A DNA stretch of 64,000 nt from Camelus ferus (lineage: Eukaryota). This document shows positions 14,611-26,662 of this stretch, in pieces; within the stretch, counting starts at the first letter, position 1; the number at the start of each line of letters is the position of its first letter. A model generated the notes under the pieces. It made no database searches and was not told the DNA's origin. It was given only the letters and a program-made list of their open reading frames with translations. The translations under genes were made by a program, and so were the position numbers. Where the stretch lies: assembly GCF_009834535.1 (NCBI RefSeq), contig NC_045707.1, positions 47,990,001 to 48,054,000 on the forward strand, in the 5' to 3' direction.

Positions 14611-15064
14611 ACTCTTGCAGCCACACTTGGAGGCAAACATTCAGCAAGTTCTTGTGTCACCACATGCTCATGACCGTGCCACCACTTCTCGTCCTCCCCA
14701 TCCTGTCTCCTCATTTCTTTGTCATGCCCAGGCAAGTGAAGCTCTGTCTTGCTGGCCTGCATCTCCTCTGACTCCAGGTGCTCCAAATTGAGAAAAATAT
14801 TCATCTTAAGCTTGTGGAAATAAGTATATAAAATCTTTGAGAACTATGTGACTTTACCTGTGTAAAATAATTAGGTAACTATTTTGCTTCATAGCATTTA
14901 TATTAGTTGCAATTGGTTATTTATTAAATTATGTGGCAGTGACTCCCCTCAGTGATGGACAGCCCAGTTGCATAAAATCAGTCTCAGCATTTAGTTAGCA
15001 CTTATTTTAGTTGTCTGTAATCAATATTAGTTGTTATATTACCACAATGGTCATATGTCTCAAG

Positions 15065-15279
15065 CAGGGTTTCTCAACCACTAGTGGCATTAGGAACTAG
15101 ATAAATTATTCATTGCAGTGGACTATTCTGTGTATTTTAGGATGTTGCGCAGCATTCCTTATCACAGCCACGAGTATCTTCTGTATTCAGTAGAACCACT
15201 CACCCAAGTAGTGACAATCAAAAATGTTTCCAGGTAGAATAACCCTGGAGGACAGGAATAACCCGATTGAGAACCAATT
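15065..15279. mobile_element. MER20-like hAT-Charlie non-autonomous DNA transposon
   Basis: Terminal inverted motifs 'cagggtttctcaac' ... 'ttgagaacca'; internal 'gtgacaatcaaaaatgtttccag'. Confidence 0.7.
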
Positions 15280-15281
15280 AC

Positions 15282-15701
15282 ATTGGGTTGAATAGTGATT
15301 CCTCAAACCGTAAGTTCACCAGGAACTGACCTGTAAACATGAACTTACTTGGAAAAAGAGGCTTTACAAATGTAGGTAAGGGTCTCAAGATAAGATAATC
15401 CTGGATTTATGTTGGCCATAAATCCAGTGACTGGTGTCTTTATAAGAGAGGCAGAGGAGACTGGAGAGTTACAGAGACTCTGACAGGGAAGTACTAAAGA
15501 CACAGGCAGAAACTAGCATATGCCACCAGAAATTAAGGAAATCTTTCAGCTATCAGAAGCCAGAAGAGGCAAGGAAGGATTCTCCCTCTGATGCCTTGAA
15601 TTTGGACTTCTGGCCCCTAGAATTGTGAGAGAATAAATTTCTGGTTTCAAGTGACCAGGTTTGTGGTTATTTGTGATTGCAGCCATAAGAAAATAACATA
15701 C
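15282..15701 (+). mobile_element. MLT1 (MaLR) solo LTR
   Basis: 'tgggttgaatagtg...ttacttggaaaaagag...tggacttctggcccctagaattgtgagagaataaatttctgg...gcagccataagaaaataacatac'. Confidence 0.8.
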
Positions 15702-17152
15702 CACTGGTCTCAGGGTGAAGAGATGCTTCAATTCATATTATGTGTACAATTACTTAGCTATAGCTGTTGTTTAATTGCAAATGATAGAAATACAATTTGT
15801 ACTAGCAGCAGAGGGTATTCATGGGAAGAATATTGAGATACTTGAAATAATCAAATAAGGGCTGATCAGTCAAACTTTGCAAAAGTTAGGGATTCATTTC
15901 AGCTTTAGAAAAAATTGGAATAGGTACTTATATATTGCCCACTCTTTTTCTCCTCTATGCATAATGGCATGCCTGACAGCGCAGGGACCAAGGCCACCTG
16001 TGGTCCTCAAGATTTATACCTGAAGGGTCCCACTAGCAATGAGAGTCTCAGTTCTCTGTCCTCAATCTAGTTTTTAAATTCTGGGAAGAGAAAACACTGA
16101 CTCCACCTTGGTCAGATGCTTATTCCTAGAATAATTAACTATATAGCAGAGGCAGGACATGGTAATATAAAAACTTTGTATTCCTTCATATAACCATATG
16201 GATGAGATAGAAGGCTAGTAGTTTCCAGGAGAAAAAAAAAAATTCTGGTCATCCAAATCCACAGATACCTACTCTGTGGTACATAAATCAGCGTGATTAG
16301 CTTAAAAGTGTAATTTTCCTATTGATACCATTTTTGGAAAGCATGATGTCAGTTTAATACTTCCTCCCACTCTGAACTTAGTCATTTGACCAGATGTTTA
16401 GATAGGTACAGTGTAGAAAAAAAAAAAAAAACTATTGGGAAATATGAATAGAAGTACCCAATGACTTTTAGTGCCATAGGGGCCCAATAAGTGAAAGAGT
16501 AATTGAATCTTCAACAAAGTCCTCAGCTTTGGGACCCAAATAAAGCCTGTAATGAATCATTCAGATGTCCTTTCAAAAGAGATCTATTTCCAACTTGATT
16601 AGAATGATCAACTACATTGTCATTGCATCTTGAATGAGATATAAAATAAGGTAGGGAAAAATTTAAATTATCCTCTATTTAGTCCTCTGTTCTTTATTAA
16701 TCCGTTACATCCAGTCCTTAAAGGCCCTGAATTTCATAGTTTATCAGCTCAAGTACATCAGGTCCTTTCCCAGCCTGTGCTGGCAGTGCAGGTCTTCTGT
16801 CTCAATGCCCTGTTGGACTACAGAGATTACTGATACATTTCCTAGGATCAGTCTGTCTAAGGATTTTAAAGGCACCATCCTAAAACAAAGGTGATGACCT
16901 CAACACATGGAATTTAGCACTTTATTTGGAGACTAGAAGTGAGACTATAATTGGTAACATCTTGCAGTCACTTTCTGCCACAAAGAATATTTTCCATGTA
17001 GTAGATTATAACTGAAAAATGTCTTTACAAAGTCATGGAAGCTAGCAGATACTCTTGAGAGTAAGGGAGCACAGAAAGATATTTTTAAAATATGTTCTTA
17101 AGATGGTTTCACAATTGACTTCTCTATTGCATAAAGAGCCCTGTGCTCAATA

Positions 17153-17185
17153 TTCAGTTACTTCAGTTACTACAGTTACTTCAGT
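17153..17185. repeat. 9-bp tandem repeat (TTCAGTTAC) x~3.5
   Basis: ttcagttac ttcagttac tacagttac ttcagt. Confidence 0.75.
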
Positions 17186-17214
17186 GGATTCAGAGACATA
17201 CTCCTGAATCACAG

Positions 17215-17686
17215 AGTGGTGGATGCTGTGATTCATGAGTCAGATACCCACTTCAGTGCCCAGGGACTCATTCTTTCAGCTGCTGGGAGTGCTGGCTGCT
17301 GACTGCTGACTGCTGACTGCTGACTGCTGACTGCTTGCAGTTAGGTCCCTCCCCAAGATTATGCTTTAAAGGGACCAACCTTGCCCCAGGTTACATCCTC
17401 TCCCAAGAGTAGCCTGCAACCTGGATTCATCCTGGATGCGCGGGCCCAAAGGCCCAGCTGCCTTGCCTCTATCTGGGACAACTCCTAAGGGCGATCCCAG
17501 TGCTAGAGCTTCTTGTGTGAGGGGTGGACTGAGGCCCCAGTGGCACCTGCATCACGGGTCAGCCTCTCTCTCTGCTCCGTCCTGTTGCTCACTCGCCTAC
17601 AAGTGTTGTACCCACAAGCACTCCCCAGTTAACCACTGACATGTTCATCTTTGCCTCTGGTTCCTTAAGGACCCCAACCTAAGACA
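17215..17686 (+). mobile_element. LTR16-like ERVL solo LTR
   Basis: Starts 'gtggtggatgctgtg', contains 'cagctgctgggagtg...ctctgctc', ends 'cccaacctaagaca'. Confidence 0.65.
17290..17334. repeat. (TGCTGAC)n 7-bp tandem repeat inside the LTR
   Basis: About 6 copies directly visible. Confidence 0.9.
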
Positions 17687-18914
17687 GAAGGTTATATTTA
17701 AAATATGGATCTCAGAAGCAATGGATCTGAAACAAGGGAGAAAATTGTTCTGGCAAGAAGGTTAGTATAGGGCTCCCTTTGAACACACCCTCTAGCCACT
17801 TCCTAGCAAACACAAGAGTGAATACTTGAATTTCTGCACAGTCTCTGGTTTTCTAAAAGGGAAATGAGCTGAAAAGGAAGGAGGAAAGGAAAGAAGAGGG
17901 AGGGGAAGAAAGAAGAAAAAAGTGAGCCGAATAAACTCGAAGTGTGCTTTGCAGTTTTATACTTTTGAGAGTTCTTTTTAAGTAATTGCAACAGTTATTT
18001 TTAAAGTCTGGTTACCATTCATTGGATACCTGTTATACTCTTGCTACTTTACATATGCTATTTCTAAACCAAAAAAAGAAAATACTGGAGCAAGGAAGAT
18101 AATATTATCAGAGAGGTTAAGAGATTTACCCAAGGGCACAGAGCTAGTAAAAGACAAAATAAGAATTTAAAACAACATTTGCCACTAAATCTTGCTGTCT
18201 TTTCTCTAAGTAAGGTGCTGCCTCTCTTCATAGTAAGAAACTCAAACCCAGGAGCAAAGTTTGACTTTCTTTTGAAAGATAGCTATTGTATTACTTGGGA
18301 CTCTTTTCCCAGCAAGGGTTGGAGACTCAATTCTAACTAGCTTAGATGATAACTTACTATGAATGAGGATGCTGAGATGTTTCATGGAACCTAAGAAAAG
18401 AATATTACTTGATCTCAGAGAAAAATTGCAACCAAGGACAACACAACCTTTAGGATTCACTTTCTCTTTGCCACATGTGGAAAAGATTATAGCTGACATC
18501 TTTGGAACTTTACAGCTCTGAATAGAAAAATCAGCCTATTTCCTTTGTCCCAAGGGGGGGAGAAATATCCCACTTCATTAGCCAGCCCTGAGCCAATCAC
18601 CCCTGACCTGGGATCAGAATTATAATGTAATATGTTTGTCTTTACTATACCCTATGGATAGAAGCAGCAAGAAGAGAGTAAAGATTTTAGAAAGATGAAG
18701 AGGGGGCAGGGATGCTAATAATTATCACCATATAGATTCATCATATGTACTCACAACTTACGAGCTCCATAAATTTGTACACTGAACCGCTTTCTCATTT
18801 TTTTTAGGTATCTCTCAAACATATTACCTTACAACTGAGCAATTCAGTGAAAGGTGGCAGGCAGTTTTAGCTTGGAAAGCAGCTCTAAAATTGTACCCTT
18901 ATCATTACAGAATT

Positions 18915-18941
18915 TGTGTGTGTGTGTGTGTGTGTGTGTGT
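18915..18941. repeat. (TG)n microsatellite
   Basis: About 13 perfect units. Confidence 0.95.
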
Positions 18942-21564
18942 AATCCAAAGGAAAGGGGGTTGAAAAGATAGAGCAGGAAGTAAAGTATGGTTCATCTGAG
19001 AAGCTGAAACTTTCCTCACTAAAGCCGGAAATCAATTTCTTCCTGATCATGATGGCTAAAAGAGATTGTACAGAAAGAGTAGGCAATGAAAAAGCTTAAG
19101 ATACATTCTTCTGATGGCATTGTGCATAAAATCCTAAGAGAAATTAAGCAGAGAATGTGTGCTTCCCTTGAAGGTGAATTAATAATCAGATATATACTTT
19201 ATTAGCATATGCTTCAGAGTGTCTCCCCTCCAGACTGGCTGAAGAGGGGCTCCCCAGAGGAGTCAGGGTTTCTCTCCAAGCCCTACTTGCAGACCTTTTT
19301 ACACACGCACCTTCAAAGTACACAAAAGGACAAAAGGGCCTTTCATTCTATCCTCCCTAGAAAGACTTGAGATTGAAAATGGCTATTTGTTCCCTCTGCG
19401 ACGTATACATCTGATAATATGCATGGGCATGTATAACTGACTGCCTGCATTATGTATGAATTAGACTCCACTCTTGTTCTTCAGCAGCTGGAGATTTTTC
19501 TCCTCCAGATGCCCAGCTGCAGTATGGCCCCTCCCCCCACCCCACGTGCCTGTCCCCCACACACACCCATACTGGGGACAATTGCCCTAATTTACCAGAA
19601 CCTAAGGACCATGATAGCCAACGCACTGTGTTTTTGAGTCGCTTTTCTTTATAAAAATTTGTTTTCGTTCCATAGTCACTGCTGCCATTTTACTAATGGA
19701 ACAAAGACTCTGGCCAAACAAGCACCCTAGTAATCACTTCAATTCATTCTCACAACCAAAGGCTTCTAAAAAAACACTGTTTTTTCAAGCTGTTGATTGG
19801 ATGATCCCCCTGGGGAAATGCTTGCCACTATTAAAGATGCTTTGAGCCAAGAGAAACTAGGATAAAGGCACTATTGGGTAGTTTTTCTTGTTGCTGTTTC
19901 TTTGTTTTCACAATCCATTATCACCAAGTTCCTGATCTCTCTTATTGAAAACAAGATGTTGCAGGGGAAAAAAAAGAGAAAGAAATAAAGAGTTACAACT
20001 ATGATACCACTTATGTAGGCCTTAAGTTGAAGCACCACCTAAACAGTATTGTTTTTAGGATGAAAGCTGCAAAACCTGGACGATTATCTGGCCTTTTGCA
20101 AAATATTTTAATAGAATGAATATTAAAACTTTTGGGATTTGAGGATCTGAGTAATTGCCTGAATTTTGCAATTCATTCTGAATGTTTGCCCTTCTACGAA
20201 ATAGCTTGTATGTCAAAGAAAGAAACATTACATGTTAGAAAATATTATGGGGAGTGATGTAAGTTTGTTTCACTCTATTTAACAGAAGGGAATGTGTTTG
20301 TGGGTTTATAAACAACCTAATCTATGGGCTGAAAATATCCTGCCAAAATTGACCCCTGGCTACCTTCTTTCCCCAAGAAAGCCTCCTAGAATAAGTTCCT
20401 CTAAAATGTTTCCCAAAAAGAGGAGACTTTTATATAGTTGCCTCCTAAAGATTCAGAGGAAAACATAATAATCTTTGATAAACTTGGCTGCCTAGTTGAA
20501 AAAGCTATATGAAGAGTCTAATGGCTGTTTTCTTGCTGAAATATCCTCTGTAGCAGAGGTCAATCATCCATCCACTTTCTCCATCAGACAGCTCAAAAGA
20601 ATAAGGGCATAAAGGTAATCTCCTTCCATATCTCAACGGATTTCTGAGGTCAAAACATTTATGCAGTGAGGTCTCTCAGTACCATTAACTGTGAAAATAT
20701 CCAATATCAAAATAATTCTGAATTTCAAAACCAATTTGAGTTTTAATCTGAGTATTCAGGGTATCCACCCTTGATATTGATGCATCCAACCATCACTTCT
20801 CCTTAAATTGGTCAAATTGATGAGGTCAGTGACATTCAATAAAAGACTGCAGTGTACTGTCACCATTGTTTGTATGACTCTTTTTTTCTTTTGCTTTTCT
20901 CATTATTCCCTCAGTACGGGACTTTGAGATGGTGGATTGGGATATATTAGAAAACTTGGAGGCTTCTACCTATTATTGCTTAGTGCCTTCCTCCCTCTCA
21001 ACAGGGTGAGGATGTTGAAAAGGTAAATGGGGAAAGAGAGATATTCAACATAAGGTGAAGCACGAAATGGCTCTCATCAGCATGGCATTGAGCCAAACCA
21101 TCCTTGGAGTTAAAAAGACGTGAGTTTTAATTTTTAGCTTTACTAAGTCCTAACAGATTTTTCTCTAAGCTTCATTCCTAAAACAGGGATAACAATATCT
21201 TCCTTTTTGAGTATTAAATATGATCTTGGAAGGGAAATACCTAGCATGGTGGTTGGCACATAGTAAACACTCAATAAATGTAAGTTATTCTCTCTACTAC
21301 TGCCCAGTTCTCTGCTGACACTATCCTGAACCCCAGCCTATTTGTCTAAGGCCCTACATCTAGCTCTTGGGTCTGTACCATGTTCTTGTACTTCTAGTTC
21401 CAAAGGCACTACTCTAGATGGATTAATCCCAAGAACCATGCTACCATGTTAAGAAATAACCTGGTGAACGCTGTCAGGTGTCCCCCAATAGCCACATACC
21501 CCTTCTTTCTTGCCAGTACAACTACAGTTTTGTTCAGATATTAGACAATGATGTGTTCAAAAGA

Positions 21565-21747
21565 GACAGAGCATAGATAAACAGCAAGGTCCTAGTGTAG
21601 CACAGGGAACTATATTCAATATCTTGTAATAGTCTATAATGAAAAAAGAATATAAAAAGAAATATATATGTATATAACTGAATCACTATGTTGTACACCA
21701 GAAACTAACACAACATTGTAAATCAACTATAATTCAATTAAAAAAAA
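21565..21747 (+). mobile_element. L1 3' terminal fragment
   Basis: 'atagataaacagcaaggtcct...gcacagggaactatattcaatatcttg...caacattgtaaatcaactat...aattaaaaaaaa'. Confidence 0.8.
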
Positions 21748-24700
21748 TTTGAACATAAAAGCCCAAGGGCAACAATAAAGTATGGTAATATGGAAGTAGC
21801 AATACATGCCTCTGTGTTCAAGTAAAAGGTAGTTTCCATGACATTTATATATGTAGGAGAATTTCACTCAAGTAATTCATATTACAACTAGCTCATGTAA
21901 TTCCTGAAAATTTAACAATCAGCTCTCCCAAGCCAGTACAAATCAGCACGAGCAAGTTCAGGCCCATCGTTGAAATTATCCTTGAATAAATAATACCTAT
22001 TTTTACCATTATATATTGATGCTCCAGACCTTTTCTGTTATGTAGTACAAATAATATAATGTATCTCATTTACATAATGCTTTTTGTTTTATAAATCACC
22101 TTTTTTATATGTCATCTACTTTAATTAATTCTTACAAGAATCAAAAGAAATAGTTATTATATCACTTTATTAGAAATTAAGATGCTAAAACTTAAATAAT
22201 TTGCCAAACTTGAACACAGATCTTTTCTCTCCAGAGTCAGGATTCTTTGGTAGTGCAAAAATTTTTCATAGTAGATTCCACCACTTCTACTTGCCATTAT
22301 AACCCTTTCCTTCCACATTTTCTAATACTGAATGTATAATGCTTTTGAATACAAAGGGATAAAAGGCTGCAATTCATTGTATATATAGTATAAAGATCTC
22401 TCTTGGATAACTATGCAAAGGACCAGTTAAATTCATTTACTAGTCTATTTGGGGCCAGCTTCTAATACATTCTCAAGCTCAAAACACATTGTATTTTAAG
22501 CCCATGCTTTGAAGAAATCTAGTAATAAAGAGAGCTGTCTGTGGGAGGTTTGTTCCTTGTTGTTTCAAATAATCATTAAGTGGACATATGGTGAATTGAA
22601 TTCATACCAACATTTCTGAGCCTATTCAATATTTTTTAAAGTGAACTAAAGGGTAACATCAATTTGTAAGCATTTTCAGAACTCTTACATTGAAATTAAG
22701 TTTTACTGATCCCTGATCCCAGTCCTCATCATCTGAATTAAGAGTTGAGTATAAAGAAAATGAACCTTTGCAAAAAGATAGCCAAATCAAACAGGCCAGG
22801 TAGAGGGTTTGGGATAATATATGTTGCTCCTAAGTTAAATGCTTTCAATGGTGATCTATCATTAAAAATTACAGTTTTAGCATTGCTTTCCCAGCATTTG
22901 TAAATCACAAAGATGACTTATGGAAAACAATTTACTTCAGTGGCTGGGCTCTCCAACTGCCTGTAATTTGATTATAAATTTTAAATATACTTTGTGTGGC
23001 AGAGAGTATGTGCTGAGAAAGGAAGGTTAGTAGGGAAGGAGGCAGGGACTATAGTATATCCTTCTTGAGTAACTGAGTAACAAAGGTGAGCATTACCTAT
23101 TTACATTTTCTCCTTCAGCATTTCAAAGCCTATAGATCACGGGCGAATTTTCACCATCTTGATAACATTAGTTTCAGTAAATACTATTCCCTGTGTGCTC
23201 CAGAGGAAAAGATCAAATTACCCCAACAAACTTCAACAGTTGAAAGATTTTAGTAATTTTCCCATCCTATTTCCTCTCTCTCTTTCTCTCTCTCAGAGAT
23301 GGTATAAATTGCTCTTAAGGAGAGTTATCATTGATGAAATTAGGTTATTCTTCAGTAAATGATTGTTCAGACCTTTTGGAGACATACCATTCTAGTGTAC
23401 ACAATGGTAGAATCGTCCCCTTTGTGTTTTTGGAGAATAAGGCAGGGCTTCTAAAAAAAGGCCATGGATTCCAGCCTTTAATGGGCTTTGAAAAATACCA
23501 GACTTGAGGGTTGTAACTTGACGCCATTAGGAAAATTCAATAATATTCTTATTTTCCTATTATCATTGAGGCATCTGCTGCTTGGGGAGAAATAATGAGA
23601 TAAAGGTTTCTTTCCTACATATCAGCGCCATTCAGAGATCTCATGGAAAGCTGTTTCTGCAGCAAAGAACAAGTGTAATTCTGCAAGTCAAGGACAGATT
23701 GCGTCCTGTGTAACCAGACATACTGACTCCTGCCTGCCTAATATTTAAGTGGAAAGTTGACACTTGGCTCTCTGACACAAGTTCTGACTTGACAAAGCAA
23801 TATAATCTTCTCAAATAAGGTCAGAATGGCTAGGAAATCTCAGCTATTTACAACTGAGCTGATTTTCAGAGCCAAAGAGCCTGTTTGCTTTATATCAACA
23901 TACTCCGTCAACCTTCCCTTTATTCTGGAAAGTAAAAAAAAAAAAAAAAAAAAAGTTAATAAACTTGGGGAATCTCTGAGATTTCCCCAAATTATAAACA
24001 TCCTTATGATTTTATTTTCTAATTTGTAAGGCATAATATAAATTATAAATGCATATCTTTTAAAAATATAATCTCAACCCAACCAGAATTAACTGTTTTC
24101 AGTTATAATTTCCAAAGGATCTCTTTTCTGGGGATCAGGTTTTAGAAAACAGAATAAATTAATGGCAGGTACCAGTCAAAATTCTGTGTTCCTTCAGGAT
24201 TCTAGTTTCTGTAAATGTCTCTTGGTGAAAGAATTAAACACACATCCACATTGCTACGGTGAAGGAGACCTAGCCGTAAAAATCCCTGCTAAGGGCATTT
24301 CTTTAATATGTTTGGAATTGTAAGAGGGAGAGGATTTTCTCTTCAGACTCTGGCCTCGCATACCTTGGAGTTGATGAATTCTGCACATCCCTGGGATTTG
24401 CAGGAGGTTACAGAACAAGATTACGCACCCTGGTGATATATTTACTGCAAGGACAACCCGGGCACAGCTGCAGCTTGAAACCAGAAATGTGTGGAAAGAG
24501 TCTAACCATGAAATACTTAAGGCTATTATTTCAATGGAACATCCTTGTGTACCCAGGAAATGAAGCCAATCAATTTTGCTTTTCTTTTTCATTGTTGTTG
24601 TTGGTTTAATGGAATTTGGTCTGAGAGGATGAAAACTGGTACCTGACTATTATTTACTCATGTACAATCAGGGCCAAGAGGAAATTGGGTCCAGTGATAG

Positions 24701-25918
24701 GGATTATGTGTAGTTAACTGATTTGCAAAGAACTAAAAGAAGGAAAAGCTCTCTGTGCAAAAATGGAAGGCTGGGGTTTGCCTCTCCTTTTAGGATTAAA
24801 CTGCAAATGTCATTTCACTTTGAATGGCTTTGGAAATAATATCACATTGAATTTCTCAAGTGGATTTCCCTAGACTTTTTTTTTTCCCTTCCAATTCCTA
24901 AATAATTATGCTGAGGGCACCGTGGATAGAGTGGTTAGCAAAACAGACAATGCCCTCATGGAGTCCATAACCTTGCAAAGATAAGAGACATTAAAAGAAG
25001 AAGGACGTAGATAATAACAGAGTTACAAGCCTCGATAAAGCTAGAAGGACAAGTACTCCAAGAGTGCACATTACATGCCTCACATATACATGTTTATTTG
25101 TCTATTTTCTCTATCCTTCTGAGATTCTTGACTGAAGTAATGTGTTATTTAAAATAATTGTTCAAAAACTTTTATTTTTTGTCATTCTACTCCCAGAGCC
25201 TTGCACAGTGCGTGGCATATGGTAGATGCTTAGTAAACTCAGTTAGTCATATTTGTTGAAGAAAATTACAGTTGGCTAGAATTAATCATGTAATCCTTAC
25301 AAAAACCACATGAGCTAAATTTGTCAGGTATTTGTGTTCTCATTTTACTGATAGGAAGATAGAGGAAAAATTAAATGACTTGCTGAAACTCTCTCAGCTG
25401 GTAAGACTGAATGAAAACAGGTCTTTGAACCCTGAAACCGGTATTCTTTCTCCAAACACTGCCTCCAAAAAAAAAAAAATACTATAAAGAATAGAAATAA
25501 CACTAATGAAACTGACAGACTGTATATGCTTGTTTGCATGTCAATAAAGTGGGAAAGAAACAAGGAGGAAACTTCAGAATTGTACATGAATAAAATGTAT
25601 TCAATTCATTCCCAAATAAAAATGGGATAAAACCCAAAACTTTCCATAGTTTTTTGTATCTCCAGCAATCTGTATTTAAACAGATAGAATTCTTAAAAAA
25701 CAACAACAAAAAAAACCTCTCCTATTCAACCTTTTGAAGTGAAAATTTACCTTTTAATGGGGAATCTTTATTCCATCATGGGGGTAGAACATAAGTTCAC
25801 AAGTTTGGTTATTTATTGTCAGTTTTAGGAGACTTTTTTTCCTAAACTACTATATTTAGCATATAAAAAAGACAGACTACAATATATTTGAGGCCAGACT
25901 AGAAACGTCCATAGGAGG

Positions 25919-26285
25919 TGTCTTAGTCAGCTTGGGCTTGCCATGACAAAGTACCACAGACTGCGTGGCTTAAACAACAGACATTATTTCTCACACTCCT
26001 GGAGGCTGGGAAGTCCAAAATCAAGGTGCCGACTGATGATAGTTCTTTTCCTGCTTTGCAAATAGCTGCCTTCTTGCTGTCCTTATTTTGCTGAGAAAGC
26101 TTTCTCTCTCTCTTTCTTCCTTTTCTTATAAGATGACTAATTTAATCATTAGGGCCTTACCCTCATGACCTACTCTGGACCCAGTTACCTCCCAAAGGCC
26201 ACATCTCCAAATGTTGTCATATTGGGGGTTAGGTCTTCAACATAGGAATTTAGTTTGGAGAGGGGGAAACATTCAGTTCATAATA
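25919..26285 (-). mobile_element. MLT1A/B-like (MaLR) solo LTR
   Basis: 'tgtcttagtc...ggctgggaagtccaaaatcaagg...acctcccaaaggcc...attcagttcataata'; candidate 5-bp TSD GGAGG/GGTGG. Confidence 0.8.
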
Positions 26286-26662
26286 GGTGGCATAACTTAA
26301 AGAAATAAAACTTGTTCCATCACACACACATACCACACACACACACATACACACAAGACTTTAAGCCACACTTAGAACTTTGACAAGAAGACCATGGGTA
26401 AGGTTATGCCCAATCTTGAGAAACTAAATTTGAATAATAGGAACTAGAGCAACGATCCACAATGGAAGACAAAATAAAGCTAAATAAGAATGATTCATAC
26501 ATTTCATATTATTTTTAAAGAAATCAGAGATACTTAGATATAAATAAGTCAGCATAAAGGTCAAACACTAATGTAACTGGCCCAGAAGAGCCTTTTGAAT
26601 TTAACTTGAGCATCTTGAAGCTGTAAGAGCTGAAACATCCTCATTTAAAAGGGTGCAATGTT

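Noticed and set aside
19600..24600. Repeat-poor stretches that might be distal BTG1 enhancers
   Set aside because: Plausible in a gene desert but not supportable without conservation or chromatin data
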